Of a DNA stretch of 64,000 nucleotides, positions 55,401 to 64,000 are shown piece by piece. The position numbers were made by a program, and so were the translations under genes. This DNA comes from Vicugna vicugna (taxonomy: Eukaryota). The notes below the pieces were generated by a model. That model was not told the origin of the DNA, did no database searches, and was given only the letters and a program-made list of their open reading frames with translations. Where the stretch lies: NCBI GenBank assembly GCA_013265495.1, contig MU058423.1, forward strand, positions 9,037,627 to 9,101,626. The letters run 5' to 3'. Each line of letters opens with the position of its first letter. Within the stretch, counting starts at the first letter, position 1.

Positions 55401-57117
55401 ATACATTATTCTTCCTTATTTGCTGATTTTAAAGTCTAACCTCCATAAAAGAGAAGACTAACCTCCCAAAGTCTAACCATAGAGTAGGGGTAAAAAAAGC
55501 ACTTTTAAAATTTGTTATTAAAATTTATTATCTGGGTTTAGAAACAGGGTTTCTCAACCTTGGCACTATTGATATTTTGGGCTGGATAATTCTTTTTTGT
55601 GGGGGCTGCCCTGCGCAATGTAGGATGCTTAGCAGCATCTCTGGCCTCTACCCACTAGATGCCAAAAACACTCTTCAGCTGTGACAACCAAAACGTCTCC
55701 AAACATTGCCAAATGTCTCCTGGGAACACTAAATCATCCCCATCTAAGAACCATTGGGTAAAAATGAATACAAGTCTTCTCAGCTATATATGACACCTAA
55801 GGAAAAAAAGATTTAAATATGACACCCAATTATGTTATAAATCACAGATTCAGTAGGATGCCCAAAATTGAAAACCAAATCACAGTCATGGAAAACGCTT
55901 CCACTCGGTATTTTGCAATGTTTCTTCAAGTGATTAATCACAATACGATGCCATTCCTCTCCAGGAATACGGACCATCCTGTAAGGATCTATTCATATTC
56001 TACTACTGTCACCACCTGCAGTCACCTTCTGGATGTCTAGTTACGGTGAAGTGTAAGGTCTTAGTTGAGAACAAATATCCCTCTAGGCAAATATCAGTCA
56101 AGTCAAAATACGAAGTAGAGCTGTGGCTGAAGGACAGCAGCTGACGAAGGGGCTTTGGGAGCTTATCTGTACTGGATATTGCCTAGAAAGATAAACCATC
56201 TGACTAACAAAGAAAAATAACATAAATAATACCAGACATTCAGAAGGCATGAAATCATACGCTTGTCTCTTTGGTTTATTCTTTCTAAAACCTATTAAAT
56301 ATGCTATTTTTTTTTACGAGTATTCTGCTCTTCTTTTTGTTTTTTCTATCATATATATCCTAAAGAAATACACGTACCTAAAAATATATATTGTTGACGG
56401 TACAATCATATGTATAATTGGACAAAATTGTACACTTTTTGTTACCAATTTTTAAGAGGAGAGACAATTCTTACACATTAAAAAAATTTTTCCTTCCCCT
56501 TTTCAGCAAAGTAGTTATTAGCTGCTTTCAAAAGATTGTATGCCTAAATAAAGATTTTAAAAAGTTTCTTTCAACCGCATTCACAAGAAGTGATTATTCA
56601 CGAAACAATAAAAACACAATTAGCGAAACCTTAGATCTTTCTTTGATCTTTCTTCTTTCTGAACTACCCCTTCCCATCAGGAAAGCGGAGATTGGGCGGA
56701 CTGCAAGAAGCGAGAGTCTGCAGTAAAGCTAAAATCTAGCATTACTATGAGTTGGAATCAAGATAACCGGGTCACTGCTGGCGCTTTACTTAGTACAAGA
56801 GAACACTGCACTTCATTAGGGCGCATCATTGCTCCCTAGGGAGGCCAGGACCGCGTTTATCACAGGAAAATCTGGAAAATCCAGGGGACAGAAGGGGAAA
56901 TCTGTCAGAGGGGAGGTGCCGGACCAGCAAACTTATTTCCGACTCTCGAGAGGGTAGGGCGATACCAGACCTCCGCGGCTCCAGCGTGTTCACCACAGAA
57001 CCTTTTCCCTGCTGCCACCACCATCCTGCAGAACCGCTTCTTCTTTTCCACATAGTAACCACATCGCCCCTCAATTGGAAAGCCAGTTCCGTGCGGCGTC
57101 GGCGCAGAAGCCGCCAT
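37262..57117 (-). CDS. TRMT13: tRNA:m4X 2'-O-methyltransferase TRM13 homolog, complete spliced CDS, 1443 nt / 480 aa
   Basis: 11 exons (57117-56971, 52978-52932, 52844-52778, 47942-47880, 47701-47632, 47472-47366, 47025-46858, 45026-44954, 41419-41345, 38182-37750, 37454-37262) join in frame. They encode a CCCH finger, a CHHC finger (CPLDPKH...HLKKC), the SAM motif [12 protein letters not shown] and CCHH motifs. Confidence 0.96.
37750..38182 (-). CDS. TRMT13: TRMT13 exon 10 (DLALRCL...ALCCHHRC...ESLPG), 433 bp
   Basis: tttgcag| acceptor, GG|gtaagt donor; ORF 37746..38210. Confidence 0.96.
39477..39647. other. Assembly gap (171 N) between poly-A runs
   Basis: N run flanked by A tracts at 39450-39475 and 39648-39669. 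Confidence 0.99.
40575..40770 (-). mobile_element. MIR
   Basis: ttttacagatgag...agctcagaagggttaagtgttttgccaagg core. Confidence 0.7.
41012..41118 (-). mobile_element. tRNA-Ala-derived SINE, short form
   Basis: Perfect 15-bp TSD ACACATAAAACTCTT at 40997-41011 and 41124-41138. Confidence 0.88.
41345..41419 (-). CDS. TRMT13: TRMT13 exon 9 ([24 protein letters not shown])
   Basis: tttcag| acceptor, CAG|gtatgt donor. Confidence 0.94.
42435..44300 (+). mobile_element. Ancient L1/HAL1 5' and ORF1 remnant, interrupted by a MER20-like element at ~43466-43650
   Basis: A-rich degenerate ORF1 C-terminal signature (ttcaaaattctaaagga...ttttcaac...cccagccaaa); boundaries approximate. Confidence 0.55.
44954..45026 (-). 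CDS. TRMT13: TRMT13 exon 8 ([24 protein letters not shown])
   Basis: gtgcag| acceptor, TGA|gtaagt donor. Confidence 0.94.
46858..47025 (-). CDS. TRMT13: TRMT13 exon 7 ([10 protein letters not shown]...EFGAGKG...TTRFK)
   Basis: ttgcag| acceptor, AAG|gtaagt donor; SAM-binding motif. Confidence 0.96.
47366..47472 (-). CDS. TRMT13: TRMT13 exon 6 ([13 protein letters not shown]...KHLKQQ)
   Basis: cacag| acceptor, CAG|gtatgt donor. Confidence 0.95.
47632..47701 (-). CDS. TRMT13: TRMT13 exon 5 ([23 protein letters not shown])
   Basis: gtatag| acceptor, AAG|gtaagt donor. Confidence 0.94.
47880..47942 (-). CDS. TRMT13: TRMT13 exon 4 ([21 protein letters not shown])
   Basis: gttaag| acceptor, TTA|gtaagt donor. 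Confidence 0.93.
48541..48732 (+). mobile_element. MER3-like (hAT-Charlie)
   Basis: cagcactgtccaa...ggctagtggctacc signature. Confidence 0.7.
49445..49954 (+). mobile_element. Solo LTR (ERVL LTR40-like), nested in a MER20-like relic
   Basis: TGTTGGGAGACAAT start and ...TTGACA end; internal tagactatcttttcaaggat signature. Confidence 0.7.
52778..52844 (-). CDS. TRMT13: TRMT13 exon 3 ([22 protein letters not shown])
   Basis: tttag| acceptor, CCT|gtaagt donor; second half of the CHHC finger. Confidence 0.94.
52932..52978 (-). CDS. TRMT13: TRMT13 exon 2 ([16 protein letters not shown])
   Basis: aatag| acceptor, ACA|gtaagt donor. Confidence 0.94.
53150..54153 (+). mobile_element. L1 3' region (L1MA/L1_Art-like) with a nested younger L1 3' tip (~53728-53866) and (CA)n
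   Basis: Classical L1 ORF2-end/3' UTR motifs; second terminus tgtaaactgactacacttcaattaaaa inside it. Confidence 0.85.
54429..54879 (+). mobile_element. MER47-like (Tigger) DNA transposon
   Basis: Degenerate TIRs flanked by TA; gataaaccca...aagttgaaaatat and aagtcgaaaaatc motifs. Confidence 0.75.
55545..55756 (+). mobile_element. MER20 (hAT-Charlie)
   Basis: cagggtttctcaaccttggcactattga...ggcctctacccactagatgcc...aagaaccattg. Confidence 0.85.
56971..57117 (-). CDS. TRMT13: TRMT13 exon 1 ([10 protein letters not shown]...[12 protein letters not shown]...[10 protein letters not shown])
   Basis: ATG at 57117 in CpG island, CCCH finger, GAG|gtctgg donor. Confidence 0.93.
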
Positions 57118-57463
57118 AATTCAGGGCTCGCTTCGGATGGCTAGCATCGATTGGGTGGAGAGAGGAAAAGTTGTCACTTTCTCTCGGGTCCCCTTCCCTT
57201 AACAAATATGGCTGCCTCAGGTCCCGCCACGCAAGACACGCCCGGAACTACCCGCCCATCCTCCGCAAAACCGGAAGAAGCTGATGGTGGCTGGCGAGGT
57301 CCAATTCTCCTCCGTCTCCCCTCTGTTTCTCTTTCCCCGCCCTCTCCGCGGAAGCCGAGCGCCAAACTTAAAACTTTAATAGGGCCCGGGCGGCTTTCGG
57401 GCTAGTACCCGCGGGCCGGGCCTGTAGGACTTCTCCGTACACCCGCGGGGGCAGCGGTTCAAC

Positions 57464-57528
57464 ATGAGCCAGGTTCTGTTCCAGCAGCTAGTCCCGTTGC
57501 AGGTGAAATGCAAAGACTGCGAGGAAAG
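57464..57528 (+). CDS. SASS6: Spindle assembly abnormal protein 6 homolog (centriole cartwheel), exon 1 ([22 protein letters not shown])
   Basis: aacATG start, AAG|gtgagg donor; recognisable SAS-6 N-terminus. Confidence 0.94.
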
Positions 57529-58602
57529 GTGAGGGCCGCGTTACCCCGTTGCCCGCGGGTGGCGGTTGGGGTCGGGCCAAGGGGGAAAGATGGCGGCTGC
57601 GGCCAGTGGGCACCGCCCTGCGGCTGGGTGTCCGGCCGGCGTCCCGGGACGCGGAGACCGACCCAGCTGGGACCTAGGGGTTCCTTCTCTCACCAGGTCG
57701 GCCGTTGCTGAGGAGGGAAGGGTGTAAGAAATGGGGACGCTGACCTGCATCAGGTTAACTAAACAGCAACAACAACAACAACAACTTTGAACTGAATCGT
57801 GGGGATTATAGCCCTTTGCTCTCTTTTTGACAGATAAGAGCTCTGGCCGAGAGAAATAATTTACACAAGTGCTCACGAGTTCATGGCAGGGCGGGCACTA
57901 AATTCAGGCCTTGGCTCCCGACCCTATTTTCTCTCTCCTTCGAATTATTTTGGAAGTAATTTTAAGCTTCGACTTAAAAAAATCAGTTTTACGGTATATT
58001 GCCTCTTTTTCATGTTAATTACTAAAAAGAAAATACATTACTTTTAATAGACCAAAAACAATTGGGGAAGACCGTAAATTCATTCATTCATTTATTCATT
58101 CAACAAACACTGCCTGTTTGCAAAACACCTTGCTGGGCCCTGGGGATACAGGGGTCAGGAAAAAGTCCTTGCGTTCATGGAGTTTTCTGTCTGTTTAAGG
58201 AGGAAAGACAGGCCAGTCTCACACATAATACAAGATTACAACTTTGACTAAAGAGGTGCTGCTAGATTTGGCTGAAAGGCAGATTTCAATTTTGTTTTTC
58301 AGTTCCACCACTCATTGGCTGTCTCTTAACTTCTCTGACCCTTAAGTTTCCTCATTTGTAAAACTCATATAAGTTGTCTGTCCACACGGTTGGTTGTTAA
58401 TGAGGATCAAGTGTGTAACTGTATGTGAAAACTAAATGGTGTGGAAATGTGACGTGTAAAAAATGAAGGCATTGATTTATTGAGTTGCCAGTAACGTGAA
58501 ACTAGTCTATAGTTCAGAATTAGGTACAAAAGCACTTGGCAAGCCAGACAAGGAAATGGTACCAAAACCAGCAGCTGTAAATGGATATCTGTAGGTTATT
58601 CT

Positions 58603-58912
58603 TCTGTGCTGCCCAGTATGGGAGCCACAGTGGTTATTGGACAAAAGAAATGGAGCTAATCTGAACGGATGTGCCATAAGAGTAAAAAACACATCGGACT
58701 TTGAAGACTTTCTGTAAGAAAAAAAGGAATGTAAATTATTTCAATTTTTATATCGATTATGTGTTAAGATGACAATATTTTGGATATATAGGGTTAATGC
58801 AATGTTACTAAAATGTATCTGTTTCTTTTAACTTTTTTAATGTGGCTTCTAGAAAACTAAAAATTACTTGTATTTGTGGCCTTCATTGTATCTCTATTGG
58901 ATGGCCCTGTTC
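58603..58912 (+). mobile_element. MER33-like (hAT-Charlie)
   Basis: ggactttgaagactt and tgtggct...tagaaaa...ctattgga motifs. Confidence 0.6.
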
Positions 58913-59083
58913 TAGAATGATTATAACAATATAAAAGGAAGGGGGAGGGGATGATTTTTCATTCCAATATTGAAACTCTTAGATCCTCTCCGTCTCATTA
59001 TATTGCCATCACAGTTATCGTCATAAAACACAAATTCAGCCTTTCATCCCTTCTGTTTAGAAACCATTCACATCGCCTATAAA

Positions 59084-59298
59084 AGGGGTCAGCCGACTGG
59101 AGCCCATAGGCCAGATGGCCCACTGCCTTTTTTGTAAAGTTTTATGAAATACCGCCATTCTCATTTGTTTAAGAATTGTCTGTTGCTTCTTATGTGCTGT
59201 AGGGGCGGAGATGAATAAATGTGACAGAGGCCTTATGGCCTGCAAAGCCTAAAATGTTTCCTTTCTGGCCCTTTACAGATAAAGTTTGTTGACCCCTG
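59084..59298 (+). mobile_element. MER58A-like (hAT-Charlie)
   Basis: aggggtcagc...ggccctttacagataaagtttgttgacccctg TIRs. Confidence 0.8.
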
Positions 59299-59519
59299 AC
59301 CTATAGAAAAACCAATCCAGACCCTTGGATATTCAAGGCCAGTTCAGCTCAGCAAATATTTATGAATGCCTGCTATGTACCAGGCATTGTCTTAGGTGCT
59401 GAGAATATAAAACTCCCTCCCTCCTCCCCACCTTCCTCCAATAGCAGGAAAATAAAAATCTGTTTTCACTCTAGCACTCAAGGAACTCAGAGTTTCATAG
59501 GGAAAACAAAAGGGTCTTC

Positions 59520-59776
59520 CTTGGAGGAGTGGCACAACACATTTAAGAGTTCAGGCTCTGGAGCTGGATTGTTTGGGTTTAAATCCCAGTTTTACCACTT
59601 ACTCTTCGATTTTGTACAGTTTTTCTTGACTTTTCTGTGCCTTATCTTTAAATTGATGAAAATAAAAGTGCCTGCCTCGTGGGATTATTATGAGCATGAA
59701 ATAAATTAATACATATGAAGTGCTTAGAACAGTGCCTGGAACTTAATGAGCATTCACTAAACATTAGCTATCATTA
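59520..59776 (+). mobile_element. MIR
   Basis: ggtttaaatcccagttttaccactta...aagtgcttagaacagtgcctgg core. Confidence 0.75.
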
Positions 59777-60799
59777 AAGTGTGATTAATGCATGAAGTAA
59801 TATAAATGAACTAAAGTCACCGAGTAGAAGGAACTTCATCTGAAGACAGTGGTAATGCTCAGAGAACTCTGTCTGGAGGAAAGTGATTCAGAACTTTGAA
59901 ACCCATGGTTTAACACCAACCTGCTCTTCCAAGTTTGTTTCCTGACCTCCTCTCCCCAGTGTAGTAGTCACATAAGACCATTTGTTACCCTCTGAATGTA
60001 GCTGATGCTGTCTCAGTACCATACCTTTACTCCTGCTCTTCCCTCTTCCTCAAATGCTTTTTCTTTCATAATCTGCACTGTCTGTTTTAAATCCCTTTGC
60101 TATAGGGACCTTTTCAAAGTTGCCTAAGTTGAAATTGTGTGTATTCATTTATTAGATAGCATGGTGTAGGTGAAAGATCTGAATTCTAATTTGGGCTCTG
60201 TGGTGTGACCTTAACCAAGTTTGTAACTCTACGCATCTCAGGTTTTTCCTTTGTAAGACAGATAATATTCGCTTAACAAAATTATTGTTGTTAAGTGATA
60301 AAAGCAAAATGCCTGGCAGGTATTCAATCGTGTGTGTACTCAATGAGTGTTAATAACTCTCCTCTCTCTTGTAGCCCTAAAATACAATCAGGAGCAAATC
60401 TAGGGTAAAGTCATTTAATCTGATCTCAATTTGAGGACGTGGACCATGTTTATTTCTGTTTGTATCCCTAGCACCCAGCATAGTACCTGGCTTAGAGTAG
60501 CTTTTGTTTGAATTGAGAATTTAAGGTTACAGCTACTAGGTGGCAGAGGTGGGCTAGAATCCAGTTTTGCTAATGCCAAATCTAACTGACAGGAAGGATG
60601 TTACGTCGATTTATGCATTGTTCAGGTGTGATGTTTATTTGAGAAAGTGTTTTTTGATTTGTTTTATATTGTTCCTGTAACATTGAGCTTTACAATGGAG
60701 AAAAGTAAGATTTGTGATTTCAGATCCTCTGAAAGCTCACATTTTTCTACAAAGTATTTCTAAGAAGGTTTTTGAAGTAAATATTGGGGATAGTTTTTA

Positions 60800-60927
60800 G
60801 GGGGAGGGGTAATTAGAGTTATTTACTTATTTTATTATTTTTTTTTTAATGGAGGTACTGGGGATTGAACCCAGGACCTTGTGCATGCTAAGCATGCGCT
60901 CTACCACTGACCTACACCCTCCCCTCC
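60800..60927 (-). mobile_element. tRNA-Ala-derived SINE (vic-1-like)
   Basis: Near-consensus head with CTTAGCA anticodon loop, AT-rich tail, ATAGTTTT flanks. Confidence 0.87.
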
Positions 60928-61208
60928 TCGTGGAGAATAGTTTTAATCTGCGGACCTTTCCTCCTCCTTTTTGCTCCCAGCATCTGATGTGCATAGGCTT
61001 TTGGAATATATGCAACAATATCATTAATATGATTGGGAAATTAGCATAGTAATAAAACTCTTCCAGTATTAGGTAAAGAACACTGTATTAAAGGGATGCT
61101 TTCTGAACTTTTTTTCTTTTTACAGATTTATCAAATATGACGGTTTTAAAAGTGTAACTCACCATATCAAGTTGGTTACCGAACAGTGTCATGCCGTTGT
61201 GGTAGTTC

Positions 61209-61289
61209 TGTAGATGTGGGTCTTGGTGTATTTGTGGGAGAGGGTGACTTACAAGCGTCCTTCTACTCCGCCATCTTGCCCGGAAGTCT
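61209..61289 (-). mobile_element. Tailless 81-bp L1 5'-end-like insert with 14-bp TSD
   Basis: Minus strand reads AGACTTCCGGGCAAGATGGCGGAGTAGAAGGACG...; CGTTGTGGTAGTTC duplicated at 61195-61208 and 61290-61303. Confidence 0.7.
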
Positions 61290-62623
61290 CGTTGTGGTAG
61301 TTCGTACTAGAAAAAGCTTCAGAAAATGAGCACCAAACATCATGACCTTGCAGAGCTGAGAAGGCCCCCACAAACCTAACTCAGGCCACTTGCTTTACAA
61401 ATGAGGGAATTGAGAGTGTCTTTTTGCCTTTGTGATGTTCACCAGTGCTGCCTGTTCCTTTTCGGGTAACGCACAAGCCATTGTGACCTCATCGTATGAC
61501 CTGTTATTTAGCATCCAGTCGTGTGTTAAATAAGAAACTTAACTACAATGACACGAATTCAACCAATCTAAGTTACAAATCAGAGCATAAGAAAAATCCA
61601 AACAGTTGAATCTAGCCTTAGTCAACTATTCCCGAGTTTCTCCATCAACACTCAGTTGCTATGTCTGTAGTAGATAAATAGTAGAATGTAAGAAAGATTT
61701 AAAATATGTTTTTAAAAGAATAACTTAAAATTGAAAACATTCAGTTTGTTAGTTTACTTTCCCTGCCCCTCAGGGAAAGACCCTTGTTATTTAATCCTAG
61801 CAGAATAGTTTGAGAACCACCTGTACAGGGATTTTTTTTTATATCATTATCCCTTTATTTCCCGAATTATTAAAATATTTTTGCACAATTTGATTAATGT
61901 TTATGAGCGCCTTTATTTATATGTCTCTATTTGATACTGGATTCTCTAAGATGCAATACAGAATGTGTAAAACTATGGTCTTTTTCCCTTTAGGGTTTGG
62001 AGTTACTCTAGGATTAGATAGATGATAATAAACTTGTTGACAGTACTTCTGTGGATATATATTGCATAGAGAGTCTATTGAGTGGATGTAGTTTGTGGAT
62101 CTGAAAAAGAAATTTTGTGTATGCATAAAGGAAGGGAATATGATTTTTCTGGTTGTAAACATTCCAAGTATTCTAACATTAGTTCACATTTAAAATTTTT
62201 CAAATGAAATCGCTCATAAATCAATTTGATCATTTGAATTGGTAATTTTTTAATGTGAAAAGTTGTTATAAAATTGATGGTTTGTCGTTCAATAGATGCT
62301 GTTTGAGAAAACTCAGGCCATTAAGGGTGTATACTAGGCCAGTAGTAGACATACCAAGTTGTTTATCTCATTTAATCCTCACAACAACTTCTTTTTACAG
62401 GAGAGAAAAATTTAGCCTCAGGTTAAAAACCTGACTACTTCCCTATGGAAAAACAAGAATTTAAACTTCAGATCCAGTGTGCTTTCCAAACATCAGTTCA
62501 TAAGTTAGAGGCAACCTGTGGAAGATCTTGTGGCTTATGAAGGGAAACTTTAGCTGTACAAGTGACAGTGATAATTCATTTCATGTGACTGTTTCTGATA
62601 GTTGGGCATATCTTTTCACACAG

Positions 62624-62684
62624 GAGAGTGAGTATTAGAGTGAGCATTGAACTACAATCAGTTTCTAATCCAGTTCACAGAAAG
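62624..62684 (+). CDS. SASS6: SASS6 exon 2 (RVSIRVSIELQSVSNPVHRK); gene continues beyond the window
   Basis: acacag| acceptor, phase-2 join, AAG|gttggt donor. Confidence 0.94.
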
Positions 62685-64000
62685 GTTGGTATTTATTTCT
62701 TTTGAAATAATTACTTGTCTTTTTTGGGCCGATATGGTAATTTCTGTACATTATAATTACTGTTGTTCTTTAAGAATGTGAGATCTTTTGTTACGTCCAT
62801 TTTGCTTTTTACTTTTGGGCCATTTTGTAACTTGCAGATCTAGGGTGCTAGAATCTGCTAAGACAACACCTGAGAGATTATTGTACCGTGTATTTCTAAA
62901 GCACGCAAGAATTGGGGTTTGGGACAGCAGTCTCCTTTGGTTTGCTCAATGTACTTTTAAGTTGCTAGACTATATATTGCTACTGTGTAGAACTGGCATT
63001 TCACGTTAACGTGAGAACAGAATGAATTGAGGCACTACAGGGAGATACTCTTCAATCTTTGACTTTTGAAGAGAGACACTTAAAACATCAGTCTTATATG
63101 ATCTTCAGAAGTATGAGTCGTTAACAGAGCATGGGCATAGAATAGAGGGCTGAGAGTCTGTTTTCTCCGTGTCATAGCTTTCCCTAAACATATTCAGGGA
63201 CCTAATAGTATTAGTAGCAGCTTCAGGTTTTTATAGCATTTCAGTGGGTTTCAAGAAATACTTAAATAGAAGCTACTTTAAGAACAGGGCATTCTGAGGC
63301 AGAGCAAATTGCCAAGTTTCCAGGGTAAAGATTATGTATTTTATTTCTTACATGTTATTCCTTATGCCTGCTGTACCTCTTCATTTTTTTGTTCTACTCA
63401 TAAGTGGTTTAGATTTTTCTAGGACCCTAGCAGTTCCTCAGTAGCTACAAATAGATTTTATTTCAAAGTAGAAACTTATTCTTAACCTGAATGCTTATTT
63501 CTTTATTAGTCCTTCATTATCTTATAGCTGTGCCTGTGTTCCTTGCGCTGCTGTTCTCGGAAGTACATAATTTCTGTGTACTTTTCTGCCAGTTTTAGCT
63601 CCTGTGATGATCTGCCATATGGTAAATTTAACTACCTGGAAAGTGGCCTCTGTGAAGGGTATTCATTTCATTTAAAACTGGAAACAGATGGAGTTCCACA
63701 TCAGAGGCCACCTGGGGTGGGAGAGAACAGGCTCTTAGGAAGAAGCCCTGGCAGCCTGTCACCTGACACCCCTGTCCTCTGTCTGAGAGACAAATGCTCC
63801 TTTCCTGTCTAGGGGGTGGGTGACTGTCATTTCTGCTGATGTATTTGCCACTTTTGAAATACCAGACAATTGACTTGAGAGAAACTGAAAATATAATCGA
63901 ATATGATACAGTCAGTGGTAAAGAGTATTTCTGTCATGGTGTCATAGTGCAGCAAGGGCTAGGTCTGAATTTTCCTAAGCCTCTGATAGAGTGATACTCC

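Larger units (their letters stand above)
56800..57720. promoter_or_regulatory. CpG island / bidirectional promoter of TRMT13 and SASS6
   Basis: CpG-rich; divergent ATGs 346 bp apart. ETS CCGGAA(G) at 57242 and 57271, GCGGAAG 57348, YY1-like AAATATGGCTGCC 57204-57216 and AAGATGGCGGC 57587-57597, CCAAT 57301 and ATTGG 57150, GC boxes 57251 and 57335. Confidence 0.9.

Noticed and set aside
56826..57876. Several overlapping ORFs in the CpG island
   Set aside because: Expected from GC-rich, stop-poor sequence; the real frames are TRMT13 exon 1 and SASS6 exon 1.
60850..60927. tRNA-Ala(AGC) gene
   Set aside because: Acceptor stem is broken, it has an AT-rich SINE tail and flanking repeats, and seven related diverged copies are present; it is a SINE, not a functional tRNA.

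Overview
Eukaryotic (mammalian) genomic DNA, most likely from a camelid, inferred from eight copies of a tRNA-Ala(AGC)-derived SINE resembling the camelid vic-1 family. The window holds the conserved DBT-LRRC39-TRMT13-SASS6 block. DBT (+) contributes its last seven coding exons (620-13944). LRRC39/myomasp (+) has a complete CDS: 8 coding exons, 22428-37032, 334 aa. TRMT13 (-) has a complete CDS: 11 exons, 57117-37262, 480 aa, tail-to-tail with LRRC39. SASS6 (+) contributes its first two coding exons and sits head-to-head with TRMT13 across a CpG island. All exon boundaries were read by hand; they are GT-AG and phase-consistent. The rest is intronic or intergenic DNA rich in SINE, L1, L2, MIR, MER and LTR relics, with one assembly gap. 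I see no new multi-gene system. The most unusual items are an 81-bp tailless L1 5'-end-like insert with a perfect 14-bp target-site duplication in SASS6 intron 1, a reciprocal LRRC39/TRMT13 antisense overlap, a uORF-dense LRRC39 leader, and inverted retroelement pairs next to exons. Repeat family names come from recall of consensus sequences, not from a database search.
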